Shown here: positions 25,183-38,475 of the stretch, one piece after another | Layout of the letters: the number at the start of each line of letters is the position of its first letter | How positions within the stretch are numbered: the stretch's first letter is position 1 | DNA from: Spizellomyces punctatus DAOM BR117 | Lineage: Eukaryota | Length of the DNA stretch: 64,000 nucleotides | Assembly: GCA_000182565.2 (NCBI GenBank) | Contig: KQ257465.1 | Reading direction: 5' to 3' (one strand) | Translations under genes and position numbers: made by a program | The notes under the pieces: generated by a model | Seen by the model: the letters and a program-made list of their open reading frames with translations, nothing else | Database searches by the model: none | Told to the model about the DNA's origin: nothing

Positions 25183-27394
25183 ATGCCATCCCCGTTCTCG
25201 GGCGGCCTGACAGCTATCAAACCCGACACGTCTCAACCACACGTGGCTGCATCTGCTGAAGCCGATGAGTGTATCATACCGGCGAAGAGTCCCCACCGGC
25301 CACGGAGAAAGGTTAAGAGAGGTGAGTGGCTAACCTGTAAGCGATGACATGAGGAAAGAGAAAACTCAGTTCTTTGGATCCTGTAGATGTTATACCCTGT
25401 GTAGAAGTTGTGGGTGAGGGGAAGAGGTGGGAAGTTGAAAAGCGGGAGGTGGGTGGTTCCTCCATGTTTCGGTTGGTTAGCGATGCTGTAACAAAAATGT
25501 AAAAGATTCGAAATTACCAGATCGTGGAATCCACGACAGTTTTCTCTAAAACTATGCCGCGCTTTCCATTTCCCCCGCTCATATCTGGAGCCCATCAAGA
25601 GCGGCATCGGGAAATCCTGGTATGGGTCTTCTGATCTTGAATCAATCAAATCGCTAATACCTGGTTACTCGTTGTATTCCTAGACTCAAATCCGCACACT
25701 CTTTACCGACCCCACCCAAACCCTTTCTGAACACGACTTTATTGCAGTTACTCGGATGTGCGGGATACCGCGCTACATCAATCGAGCTTTGTTCATGAGA
25801 TGTGGTGGAGAAGTTGATGGTGTCGGGGTTTGCTTTGAGGGGTTTGAGAGGTAAAGGCACTATGGAGAGAAAGTCTACAACAATCAGCGATCTGACATGC
25901 ACTTTAGGTTTTGGAGACGTTTATTAAATTGCCCGACCACGCATGAAACCGTCTTTGCAATTCTGAGAAAGGAAGGAAATTCCTTGAGTGAAGACGATTT
26001 CAGGGTTGTTGTTCAAGGTATTTCGTTCAGGTTTGAATTTCTGGTCGCCATTGCAATGTCAAACTCTGTGCTATTTATCTTAGATGTCTGTGCTCACCAT
26101 CCTGGACTGGTTTTCTTGAGAGATATGCCTGTGTTTCAGACTCGATATGGTACATTGTGTGATCTCACCCGCCTCATAAACTGGACATTAATCAATTGAC
26201 TTTCATAACAGTTGACACGGTTGTGACTCGGATATTCTACGATAAAACAAGGAATATTGTCCCTAGAATGACGTTTAAGGAATTTAAAAAGGATGGGGTA
26301 ATGGAACTCGTGCAGGGGTTGGAGAAGGAGGATGATATTAATATGGTAGGAATTTGTTTGGATTTCTTGCCGCGACACGTTCGCTTACTTACCTCTGGTC
26401 CGCAGACTCGCAACGCTTTCTCCTACAAACATTTTTACGTCATATACTGCAAATTCTGGGAGCTCGACACCGATCACGACCTTCACATCTCCTTCTCCTC
26501 GCTCTCTACCTACGAAAACTCTTGTCTTTCCGCGCCCATTCTCCGCCGAGTCTTTTCGGGGGCGGGACGAGGACAACACCTCCAAAACGATCTCATGACC
26601 TACCGCGATTTCATTTGGTTCATTCTTGCCGTTGAAGACAAAGCATCGCGAGCGGGAATGGAGTACTGGTTTCGGTGCTTGGACATTGATGGAGATGGTG
26701 TAATCTCGTTGTGGGAATTGCAAGAGTTTTTTGGGGAGCAAGCTCGGAGAATGGAAGAGTGGAGGATGAGCGATTTGTGGAAGTGGGGAGACTTTTTGTG
26801 TGCAGTGTATGTTTCGCACCTCTTGTTCTTAGGTTGTCGATATCAGGCTCACTGTGTGTTTGCCTCAGATTGGACATGATAAACCCTAAAGATCCCACTC
26901 GCATATCCCTCCATGATTTGAGACGCTCAAATAACGCCGCCCTCATCTTTGACATGCTATTTGACATCCGAAAATACGACCTGCATCTCCGACGGATTGA
27001 CCCAGGGTTCCGGGAATGGGATGATGTGTTTGGCGTCGATGATAGTGGGGACAGGGTCAAACTAGAGTAAGTTTCGAGCATGTACCAGCGTCTTTGATGA
27101 TGTAACTCACACAGAGCACTAAAAAGGGGATGGGACAAGTATGCCGAAAGAGCTTACGATGAGCTAGCCTTTGACGAATCGCACAACGAATCTTCCAACT
27201 TTAGCTCAGGCAGGTTTTACATGGACGACACAGAATTATGGGAAGATGACGATGACGTTGATCTGGCAAGGGACACGCGCTTGGAGGATGAGGACCGACA
27301 AGAAGAAAGTCCTGAGGAGCGCGGGACCAGTCCTGAACCAATGATATTGGATGAGAATGACGAGGAGGAGACTGCTGTTCCTGAGGAAGTGTAA
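25183..27394 (+). CDS. PP2A regulatory subunit B'' (PR72/PPP2R3-like, EF-hand), paralog 1; start uncertain
   Basis: HHPGLVFL..FQTRY|VDTVVTRIFY, FSYKHFYVIYCKFWELDTDHD, MTYRDFIWFILAVEDK, EYWFRCLDIDGDGVISLWEL, WDKYAERAYDEL, acidic tail. Confidence 0.88.
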
Positions 27395-27835
27395 ATATAA
27401 TGTGGACTGAGGTAGTTTAATAGAATATATTTAATTGCTGTGCTACTGCGCTAAGTTAAGGAGAGGTGGGGCGCAAGGAAATCACAATTTGTGGAAAGAA
27501 CAGTAGATTTAACCCTAAACCTAATCCTAACACCTCTCGATTATCAAAAAGTATAGAAAACAGGAATGATCAAATGCCCCTTCCGAGATACCGTAAGCCA
27601 ATGCTCAGTCACGGGATATCTGCATATTGCATTTCAGTTGTAGTTGTACGGCATGTTACTAAAAATAGCTAGCTGTCAATTTTTTGATTTTGACATGTTA
27701 ATATCAACATGTTTGAAATGTTTTTGCAATGACAGGTTCGGAGGATCTGGCGGTGCATGGACAACGACTACAAAAGAGCGCCAAAAATGGAGCAGACCAC
27801 ACCATCTTCCCAGCAATCTCTAAGCATCTACCAGG

Positions 27836-28264
27836 ATGGATATTCCAGCTTTCACAGCAGACGCCTCCCGCTCCAGTACATCCTCTACTATGGCTAGCAA
27901 AAGGCAATCAGCTTCCTCCATCCGATCATCTACTTACCATTCTACCTCATCAATGCTCAACAACCAGCAGCCACCGCTCACAGGCTGCAAAGCTGCCACA
28001 CCATTCGGCCGATGCAACAGTCCTATCGCCGAATCCGATAAATTCTGCATATACCACCGTCACTCTCCCTTAGCTGAATCCGATCGGAATGCCGAGGCCT
28101 GGATGAGTAAGACTTTAGATAGTCTATTTAAGCTGCCGAAAAGGGAAAAAAAGGAAACAGCCAAACTCGCTAGGAAGGAGGTTAAGCTTGCTCTTTGTTG
28201 TGTCTGTTTTCGTCGAATTCATGATTGTCAGTGTGATGGACAAGGTTTCTGGAGGGAGCGCTGA
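27836..28264 (+). CDS. Small hypothetical protein (142 aa) with two putative Zn-binding Cys/His clusters
   Basis: CKAATPFGRCNSPIAESDKFCIYH and CCVCFRRIHDCQC; basic segment KREKKETAKLARKE. Confidence 0.65.
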   Translation: MDIPAFTADASRSSTSSTMASKRQSASSIRSSTYHSTSSMLNNQQPPLTGCKAATPFGRCNSPIAESDKFCIYHRHSPLAESDRNAEAWMSKTLDSLFKLPKREKKETAKLARKEVKLALCCVCFRRIHDCQCDGQGFWRER

Positions 28265-29111
28265 TGTATTTTACGTAGATGCTGTTAATTTGTTTATGAT
28301 GAACATGCTTCAGTTTAAAGATACGCTATTTGTGGCTGTGACATAATATTCTGGCCTGTGATTTGTCATTAGGATTATTAGCTTTGGCTTCGAACAAGGT
28401 CGCGATATAGCTTCAGGACCCAAGCGCTTAGCTGCGCGACCTTGTGGATCAATGCCTACCTACCAGGAGCAAAAACATACAGCATACATTTGGCACACCC
28501 AAATGCTGAATTACCTGACCCAAAATGTGTCTCTCTGCCATGTAGCTCACTAGTGAAACGAAAGCAACTGTCTGTGCAAGGGGCGTCATTTCCCAAATAT
28601 CGTCCAAGAACTGAAAACCGGGTAGCCAATTCTTTGTCATCGCGATGGCCAACAAAATATCAGATTCAACTGAATGCGAAAGCTGAAAACCGAATAAGAG
28701 AAGTTGCGCATGATCGATGCCCGCGACCGTCATTCCAAATAGTGTAATTTGGTTCCGAATCGGGTCAATCATTGAGTAGCCAGTTTTTGGTTAACAGGGA
28801 GAGTGGGGATACAGGATGGGGCGACGATGGAATATCGTCTTGACATCAGTCACTAGCCCACCGCAACCTATATACGAACGATTTGTGTTTATTTGTTTCG
28901 TGATCCTAAAGATAGGCACATACCCTCAACAAGTCCCACTCGAGCTATGAATGATCCCATTCACGACCAGTGTCATGCATGGGGTTGGAAACTTCAGAAC
29001 AAAACAATGCTGACAAAACAAATCCCGTCACCCTGTATAAAATTCGCAGCATGCCTCTGCATCCCTCAACGTTCACGCTTGACGTCGACTGCACATACCC
29101 CAACCATCACT

Positions 29112-30794
29112 ATGTCGCCCATTCCACAGAGCGAATCCCCGGCCTATTCCACCTCAGAGCCACCGGCCTTTGACATTTATGATCAGAGTGACGATGTTAG
29201 CCTGCTATCATCTTCGTCAGAAAAGGGCCTCACGACATATATGCCATCGGTGATGGAGGATGTCAAATTGCAGCCGCAAGAAGTCGATGAGCAATCGCAG
29301 AAATTCACATTTGTGACAAAGTACAAAGATCTCGGTGTCGGTGCGATCTTTATGATGCAGTTGGGTAAGTGCGTGCCTCATCATGCTTATTAGTTTATCC
29401 ATGATATTCATGTTCGACACTCTACAGTTGCTGCAACTGCCATCAACGCGGTCGGCATTGTAAACTTCACTGGGAGCAGCATATCAATGTTTTCTATGAC
29501 AGACTCGAATACCCCCCAATATCCAGCAGGCAAAATCCACCCTACGGCATACATCTTGCCAATCACGTTCGTCGTTTCCGTTGCTCTTTGCCTCGTTCTA
29601 TTCACCGCCCTCCGTAAGAATGCACAGGCCACTACCTATGCCGCCTTATTTACGCCTGTTGCCCTGTTGATTCTAACTGGAGCGGCTCTCCTCCCTTTCC
29701 ACGGACCCTTGGGGGTGGTCTTCCTCATCCCTGGTCTTGTCCTCGGATATCTGATCCACATCTGGCGAAACAGAATTGGATTCGCGGTTGCGATGCTGGA
29801 GACAATCACTACCGTCATCAAAATATACCCCTCTATGTACGCCGCATCTGTCTTGGCATTGCTGGCGCAGCTTGCCTACTTTGCATTCACTATTGCTGGA
29901 TTTATTGGGTTTTTCTTTTATCGACTACGGAAGCTTGAATGGGAAGTTGATGCGGACGGCAACATCGTTGGGATTGACATTGATCTCGCTCCCGGCACTG
30001 ATGTCGCCTTGACATTTTTGTTTGTCTCGGGATATTGGACTATGCAATTTATTCCCAACGCTTTACAAGTGATTCTTTCTGGAGTTTTTGCTAGTCACTA
30101 TTTCGGAGGCGCCGTCCAACCTGCTCCTCTGAAAAGTGCCGCGCATCGTGCCCTTACCACCAGCTTCGGCCCGATTGCCTTCGGATCGTTTGTCATTCTC
30201 ATCGCTCAAGCTATCTACTCTTGCGTTCTATCCGTGACCCGCAGCAACCCCCTCATGCACGCCTGCTGCCAATGTGGATTGGGTTTCGTCCTTAGCTTTC
30301 TTGAATATGTCAACAAGTACGCTTTTGCTCAGGTCGCAATCTACGGTAAGGACTACGTCTCCGCCGCTAAGGACACGTGGAACCTCTTCAAGTCGTCTGG
30401 AGTGACCCTCATCATCAACGATAACCTGGTTAATTTTGTCATGGGGTCCTTGGCATGCACGGTTGCACTGATTTCCGGTTACCTTGGCGCCTTCCTCGCA
30501 TTTATCTCCATTCCAGACTATCGCAGCTACTCATCCTGTGCCGACCCTGACGCCTGCGAAAACCAAGCCGCTGCCATTTCTGCAGAGATCACCACAATCG
30601 GGTTGGGATGTGCTCTTATTGGCGCTGTCATCATGCAAATCTTGATCAAGGTCATTGATGCAGGAGTTGCTACCACATTCGTTGTTGTGGCTGAGGATAG
30701 GCAGGTATTGAAGAGGGGATTCCCCTCTTTCTATGAAAAGTTGAAGAGCGTATACCCCCAAGTGACTGAGAACTGGACCGAGGATGGGCTTTAA
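29112..30794 (+). CDS. PNS1: Choline transporter-like (CTL/SLC44, Pns1 family); intron 29365-29427
   Basis: WRNRIGFAVAML, RALTTSFGPIAFGS, LEYVNKYAFAQVAIYGKDYVSAAKDTWNL, IINDNL; many TMs; TATAAAA at ~29036. Confidence 0.88.
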
Positions 30795-31033
30795 AGCACC
30801 TCGCTTATACAACTATAGCATTGGGACATGTGCCTAGTTCATACTCTCTTCATAGCCATATATGTGTCTAGTTCACCTTTATTTGTGCAAGACTCGTTTC
30901 CGTGACATGCCTCGAATATCTGATCTACCAGTGCAAATTGACTACTTTGATTTTCATTCTCTAATGAAGGAGATGCTTAACATATGTACTTGCAATGCAA
31001 GGGCGTTTTGTTGCATGGCGGTAGCTGATTGCA

Positions 31034-32098
31034 TTATGATACTTCAGCACTTCCCTTCACTGCAATCCCTCCTTGTTTATTCTTGGCCCATAGCTCAAAC
31101 TGGTTTGCAGCTGTCTTCTTGCCACAGAACGTAACAGGGTCATTTACAATAAGAGGGCTCAGTGTGCGATATGAAAACGACTTGATCTTAGCACCGGAAT
31201 TGGCTAAATGCCGCTCCAGAAGATCCAACAGAAGGGTTGCTGTCAACGGGCCGTGCGTAAGGCAATCTGTGTTCCACTTATTAGAAACAAATAAGAGACA
31301 GTCTTCTGGATCAGCCATACCAGGATAACCCTCTTGATCCTTAGCATAATGATTGTCATAGTGTATGCGATGGCTGTTGAATGTTACTGCCGAATAACGG
31401 AACAGTGTAACTATGGTGGGAGTAATCGTACGTGCAAACTCAGCTACAGTCTTAACTTAAAATGCTTTGTGAGTAGGACGCTAGTGATACCCATTTAGAA
31501 ATACAGCACACTCACTGGGTACTACACGACCTCCTACTGTAGGGTTCCGTTCTTTGCCCATATACGCCAAACAACGGCGTTCTCTCAGGCTCCTGCCGTG
31601 CTCATTTTCGACTACCTTCTCCAACCAGACAAGAACAGCTTCGCCTCTGGGCCCTTGCTTGATCTGCACGTCATCCAACCTTGTGGTCTGTTTGACTGTT
31701 TGACCAACTCGAAGAGGATTGTCGGGCACAAACTCGAAACTACCGCCGGCCCACATTCGCTGTATGTAGGGTTCAGGAGGGGAAAATTCGGTGTCATAGC
31801 CATCTGGCGCAAGGTCCGATTCGGGTATCCGTGGAGGAAACAAAGCAAAGTGATAGCCTGAAGGAAGAGGATGTCCAGCAGGGAATGTTGCGAACGGGTC
31901 TCGAGGTGTACTCGGGTCAAGCGTCAAAGCGACAAGATGACTGTGGCCTGAAGTTATCTCATCCGTTTCATTTATAGCCTTCTTCTTCAGACTTTCTTGC
32001 CAAGTAGCCAGTTTTTGGTGAGACAACGTTGAGAGACTTCGTGAGACGCTTCGGGGAACTCGTTGACAGCCAAGTGCTGTCGTCCGTAACGGTAACAT
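31034..32098 (-). CDS. HTD2: Hydroxyacyl-thioester dehydratase type 2 (MaoC/hotdog fold, mitochondrial), one intron
   Basis: Presequence-like N-terminus; LAPDGYD, RMWAGG, ERRCLAY, LFRYSAVTFNSHRIHYD, HGPLT, FSYRTLSPL. Confidence 0.85.
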
Positions 32099-32325
32099 TA
32101 TACCCAACAGGAAAATTCAGGTGTGCACCCCCAGACCGTTGATACCTATTGACATCAGGTAAACCTGTGCATCTGAGAGTACTTTGCCTGGGGGCTCTTT
32201 GAATGCCAGTGCAAGCAAGGTCGCATCTCAAATTACCCCTGTCGTGATGTCAGCACAAATGACTCATTCTCCGGGCCTCCAGTCTCACACCGTCCCTTTG
32301 TGGATCGAGCACACACTTTGCAAAG

Positions 32326-33631
32326 ATGTCAACCGTTGCCCTAAAAGAACTTTCCCGTTCCAAGTGTTTTGCAGGCCATGTGATAAAGTGAGTATAATGC
32401 TAGCAAGTAGCGCACAGCATCAATCGACGACCACGTCTAAGTTGGCGACTATTTTGTAGATATTCGCACCCATCTCGTTTGTTGGGATGTGACATGAAAT
32501 TCAGCATGTTTCTTCCTGAGAGTAAACCTTTGGAAAAGAGGGAACAAAAACTGCCTGTACTATATTTTCTGTCTGGGTTGACTTGTACCGAGGACAATTT
32601 CATGCAAAAGGCTGGCGCACAACGGAAAGCTGCCCAGGAAGGAATCATTCTTGTTGCTCCGGATACAAGCCCCAGGTGAGAGACGTTACAGGAACTGTGG
32701 AATTGCTTAACACTGATATGTGCAATACTCTATGGGACAGGGGTTTGGGAATAGAAGGTGAAGATGACTCGTGGGATCTTGGTACAGGTGCTGGATTCTA
32801 TGTCGACGCGACCACAGAAAAGTGGAAGCAGTATAAGATGTGAGTATTTAAGCCATTAGTTTTATTGTATTTTCTGCTCATTGTTGATGTGAATTGGTAG
32901 GTACTCTTATATTACCGAGGAGCTGCCGGGTATCATCAATCAATCCTTTCCGGTGGATACCACTCGCGTGTCGATAGCCGGTCACAGTATGGTACCGTCT
33001 TGCCTTCCACTGATTATCCTCATATAAGGACTAAGATGTTCTTGCCTTGCTCAGGGTGGACATGGCGCTCTTGTAATCGGGCTCAAGAATCCAGACAAGT
33101 ATCGTAGTATTTCCGCGTTTTCTCCCATTGGTAAGACCCGGCAAGGACATCCGCTAACATAAATAGTCTGACCTTTTGGTGCATAGCCAATCCTACGGAC
33201 TGTCCCTGGGGTGTAAAAGCGTTTTCCGCATACCTAGGCCCAGACAAGGACGCGTGGAAGGCATACGATGCATCTGAGCTCATCGCCAACTATAGTGGAC
33301 CATCAAAGAAAATTCTCGTCGATCAAGGAAAGGCTGACCAGTTCCTCGAAGAACAATTGAAAGTAGAACGGTTGACAAAGGCCAAGAACGACTCTGGAAA
33401 AAATGTTCTGGACCTCTCTCTCCGGCTGCATGTATGTTGCCGAAACCTCAGAGCTACAACGTCTATTGGACTGACTCCCATTTTTAGGATGGATACGACC
33501 ACAGTTATTACTTTATTAGTACCTTCAGTAAGCGATGTTGTTGTTTCATCTGCGCGAAAGATGGTATTTATTGGGTTCTCCTTTCAGTCGAAGAGCACTT
33601 GGAATTCCACGCAAAACAGCTCAAGGCTTAA
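32326..33631 (+). CDS. ESD: S-formylglutathione hydrolase (esterase D), multi-exon
   Basis: [78 protein letters not shown]. Confidence 0.96.
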
Positions 33632-33988
33632 GCGAATACCTTCCTAGCGGAGCATGAATGAATATGGGCTGTATTAGAAGAAAGAGGATGCACGCCGAGA
33701 CAAGTTCGCTCGTGTTCAATAGATGAGAGGCGGCGTCCTAGCAGTGCATGACATAGTTTTATGGAAGTGCGGATGGGAAGCGAGGGCAGATAGTATTAGA
33801 TCCTTGGTTTGGCCAAATAGAGTTTTGAGCTCGGGCCGGGTTGACAACCAATATGAAAGAGTGCGGAGGGACATTATTGTGATCTTGATCGTCAGCAGCT
33901 CTGAGCAAATCAGTGCGCCACATGTGGCACAGCAAGACAACCTCAACTCTTTCCCAGATGTTGGGTCCAACTAACAAGACAACCCAAA

Positions 33989-35723
33989 ATGTCACAGTCC
34001 TATCCGTGCTACAAACCCGATGTGCTACAGGACATCCTTAAAGCCAAGGAGAGGGGCACAGAAGCATATAAAAAGGGACAGTATGGAGCGGCCTCTGCGG
34101 AGTACTCGAAAGCAATTGCGAACTTCTCCACTGCACCGATACCAGTCGATCCCGAATCTACAACCGATCCTAAGGCGGAACCGACCGTTCTCTTAGGCAC
34201 CTTGAAATCGAACCGCTCTGCCAGTTATTTCAATGAGAAAAAGTACGAGGACGCTTTGAAGGACGCAGACGACGCCGTACGATTGCGACCTGATTGGGCT
34301 AAGGTGAGAAGACACGTCGGACGGGAACTGTCAAAAGCGCACCGTGTCCAACAATCTGCATAATAGGGGTACTTTCGGCGAGCAGAGGTATATAGAGTGC
34401 TCGCTCGACATTCAGACGCACTGGAAGCGTACGAAGCTGCCCATCAAAGGGTACGTAGTGAAAAATGAACAGCGATGTCCTATCGCACGAGATTGACCCT
34501 TTGTGAGATAGGATGTTAGAGATAGGCTAATTCTGGAAAGGTTAACAAAAACTAAGATCATCCTCAAAGATGCATCAATGGGTGAGGACTTCATCTCGCT
34601 GACAAAAAGTTAAACAAACAGGTTAACTTCATAGTACTCCAGGAGTGGCGCTGCACCAGTTGGCACCCGGAAGAGATCTGTGTCAGAAGTCCTTCATGAC
34701 CCCTATACAAAATATGATTTTCGAGTATGCCGTACAGATGAGGAACTTTATTTATCTCGTTGAGAATTTGGCAAGCAAAGAATGCCTTGTAGTGGATGCG
34801 GTAGGCCGGTGCGCGTGTGACGTTCTGACTGTTTATTGTTATCACAGCGCTAATTGCACTGCAATCCCTTCGAGCAGTGCTGGGATATCGATGGTATAAT
34901 AAAGTTCGCGCAGAAGCGAGGTTTGAAGATTGTAGGAGCAATAGCCACACACTATCACGTAGATCATGGTATGTAAAACCGCGCCGCACAATGTCGTGAT
35001 GGCATGATATTCATTACTGGCTTCACAGTTGGCGGCCTCCCACCACCACCATTCGACCGCTACCGTGTGAGAGTAGACGGATTAGCAAAGCTCCTCAAAA
35101 AGCTACCAAAGATCAAGGCATATGTCAATCCGGCTGATATTCCTGGCATATTGAAAGCAAACCCGGAAATTCCCCAGGATCGGTTTTCCCATACCGAGGA
35201 TGGAGGGACCTTGTGTCTACCAATGTCTCTGAATATTGGCTTGGGAGGAACAGTGGGCGGTCAATCAGATCATGTCTCTGACGGGCGAAGTACTATAATG
35301 CAGTTTATTCACACGCCCGGCCATACACCGGTAGGATTCTTCATTCAAATCCCGAACAGTAGCCACCCATATTGATACTCTGTGCAGGGGTCACAATGCG
35401 TTTTGATTAACGGATGTAAATTGTTATCCGGCGACACTTTATTTATGGGAGCTTGTGGACGCGTTGATTTCCCAGATTCCGATAGAGATAAAATGTACCA
35501 TTCTCTGCAGCACAAGCTCGCCACGTTACCCGATGACGTATGTTGCGCTGTGGATCATCATGTGTGGATTTGTGTTTTACATTAAAATCTTGACGTTTAG
35601 GTGATCGTGTATCCCGGGCATAATTATGGCGGAGAGATGACTACGATAGAAAACGAGCGAGAGCATGGGCTGTTGAGACCTAAGTCAAAAGACGACTTTT
35701 TGAGGGAGGTTTCAAACACATGA
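33989..35723 (+). CDS. TPR-domain + metallo-beta-lactamase-fold hydrolase (glyoxalase II-like) fusion, multi-exon
   Basis: TPR: AKERGTEAYKKGQYGAA, SNRSASY..YEDALKDA..RPDWAK|GYFRRAE; MBL: THYHVDH, HTPGHTPGS, SGDTLF..CGRVD, YPGHNY. Confidence 0.87.
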
Positions 35724-35980
35724 ATTTGTGATTTAGTCGGATAGCGGATGTATTTATTTAATCAGTCAAGAAGTCCCAATTTTGGAATAATGGAATAAAG
35801 AGATATCTTCAGTGGCCCGGCACAAGCCATCGCTATAAAGGCCTTTGTACCCGTGTCCGAATGGGTGGAACCATACACTGCATGCTAATGACTGTCGGGC
35901 GGTGTCTAAAGACAGCAAAGCGATATGCGTGCAAACATGAATGATATGTTACTTTGTATACATTCAAGACGAATAATATG

Positions 35981-37529
35981 TTATGTTGGTGGATCTAAAA
36001 ACTCTAACCCCTCCGCGCTGGGTGTGAGGCCCTCTCGCTCAATATATGTATCGTCCCTGTAGGGTAGAACTTGTCAGGCTGTGTAAACAAACGGGATGCA
36101 TAATTCTGTCCACACACCAAAACTTTGTAAGATGACGAGTTCCATGATCGTTGATCATGGTAACAATTGTGTGTCCCTGTTACGAACAGCATGATGAGAA
36201 CTACCTTTGATTCTCCGTCGGTATACAAACAATCATCATACCGGTCCCAATTCTCGGGCAATGCGAACAGCCGCAACACAATTCACTGCCGACGAACTCC
36301 CCACAAATAATCCATCTTTTTTAACAAGATATCTTGACATCTCCACAGCCTCCTTATCTGTGACCCTCACGGCCTCATCCAGCCAGCCCTTTGCGACTTT
36401 GGCGAAATTTTTCGTCAGTCTGTTGATTCCTACGCCTTCGACTACTGTATCCACTTGATGGCGTTTTCTTGTTCCCTCGGCTTCCATGGGTGAGTACATG
36501 ATTCCGTGTTTGACTTTGTGGTAGAGACCGGATCCGTGGGGATCGGCCAGGACGGCAATCATGTTGGGTATCAGTGGTTTCAGGTAATGCGTTACTCCTG
36601 CTAATGTACCTCCGGTCCCTGGTTGGCCAATGATGAGTATGCTATTTCTCATGAGTTCCATATGTGGTCAAAAGAATATATTACCAGCCCCGAGGACGAC
36701 AGCATCCAATCTCCCTCCGGTTTGCTCGTAGATCTCAGGTCCTGTCGTTTGATAGTGAACCTTTCCGATTGAAAATGATCCCTTCTATTAGGAGCCTCAT
36801 TTCAAACATAATAGCCTCATATCTATGCCAACCTGATAATTCGCCAGATTTTCGAATTGATCACAAAAGAATCCCCGAGGACCATTGCCTTCCTGATCTG
36901 CCTTCAGATTCATTTCATCCGCTCTCTTCCGCGCAAGATTGACAAAATGGTTCTTGTCTACTATGGAGACTGGACGAACTTTTTCAACTGTAGCGCCCAA
37001 TTTTTGGAGAAGAGCATATTTTTCTTTGGCTTGATCGTCTTTCACCAGCCAAATAGGAGTTGATTATGGCTTCCTTCACAACAGAAAGAAGCCGGCTTTG
37101 CTCACCTGGCATAACAATGTGGCATTTATACCCTTTGGCCTTGGCAATTACCGCCAATGATATTCCCGTACTCCCCACAGTCCCCTCAAATATCGTATCT
37201 CCTCTACCGGGTTGGATTAGTCCGGCTTTCTCCGCTTCATTGATAACCGACAGTGCCACGCGATCCTTTGTGCTTCCACCCACATTCAAGAACTCCGCTT
37301 TCGCAAGTATATCGCATCCTGTCTCATCTGATAGCGATCGGATGCGAAACAGAGGTGTGTTGCCTATCAAACTTTCGACACCAGTTCGGATGGGAGGGGT
37401 GTTTGGGGACGACGAATTCCCAGCAGATTTTTTGGAGGTGAGCAGGAGGTAAACGGCTGATGCGGCCGACACTGTTGCGCCTATCAGAAGGCCTATAAGC
37501 AGAGTCTTTGCGTCTGTTCTATTAGACAT
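35981..37529 (-). CDS. PLP-dependent cysteine synthase (N-anchored 'cysteine synthase 2' type), multi-exon
   Basis: N-terminal [73 protein letters not shown]. Confidence 0.92.
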
Positions 37530-38475
37530 TGTCGGGATCCCGGAATGCGATCTCCAGGTATGTCAGGGCAGGAAGTCAGATTGGTATCGTCCACGTGAAT
37601 TATGCATCAATTGACGTTACACAGGACCATATTCAGATGGGGTTACATGAAATGCGAGAGAATAACTTATAACTTCTGGTCTGGACGGTGAGGATGCATA
37701 TTTCATAATAGACGATGAGCATTCCCAAGTAAGTGACATCGGATTTTAAATAACAAACTAATGTCTGTGTGTCATTGAATGAAATGCAGCAGCTTCAAGG
37801 TTTTTGGATATTCATTACGTAGATTCTTCGAGGAGCTAGTTTTAAATAAGCCAAGCTGCTGCTGTTCGCGGGTATATAGACTGCCATTGAAAACATGGCC
37901 TACGCTTGATGGCGAAGGTCATCCCCACTGTCCATTCCTTAGTCCATTAATTTGTCACGTTTAAAGGCTGTGAGGACTCGGGACGAAGGTAAAAACCAAT
38001 TTAAGGTAAAGAAACCGTTGCTTTGAGCAATGTGGTCATTTATTGATGCAGCTAATATCATTTTAAGCGCTTTCTTTTAAAACTATTGATGTTCGTGGAA
38101 TACGTGCGGTTTCCGTCAAATGCAGTCCGTTGCTAGTGGAACGACTAGTGTTGTGAAAAAGGTTCAGGAGGTTAATAAATCACAAGAGAAAGGGACCTTC
38201 GTCTTCATCCGCTCGGCTCTATCCGTTGGTTTAATCCCTGGTAGTCTCAATAATGTGTAAACCAGGTCAAGCCTTCTTTGGCATCGAACTTATTACTCAT
38301 CGCAGCACAGCTCGCGATTCACGTCATTCATATACGTTTTACGTACTCCCCAGTGCAGGCATCGATAAGGGACGTATATCACTGTAGCTCTTCCATTTTT
38401 CGCTTGTTGATCCGAAAGAGCGCAAGGATAAGCAACTTCAGATCTATCGAAAACTTTCACTAGTGATACCCAAAC

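Noticed and set aside
28449-28772. 107-aa hydrophobic minus-strand ORF
   Set aside because: No motif, promoter or splice support; could be chance or a relic
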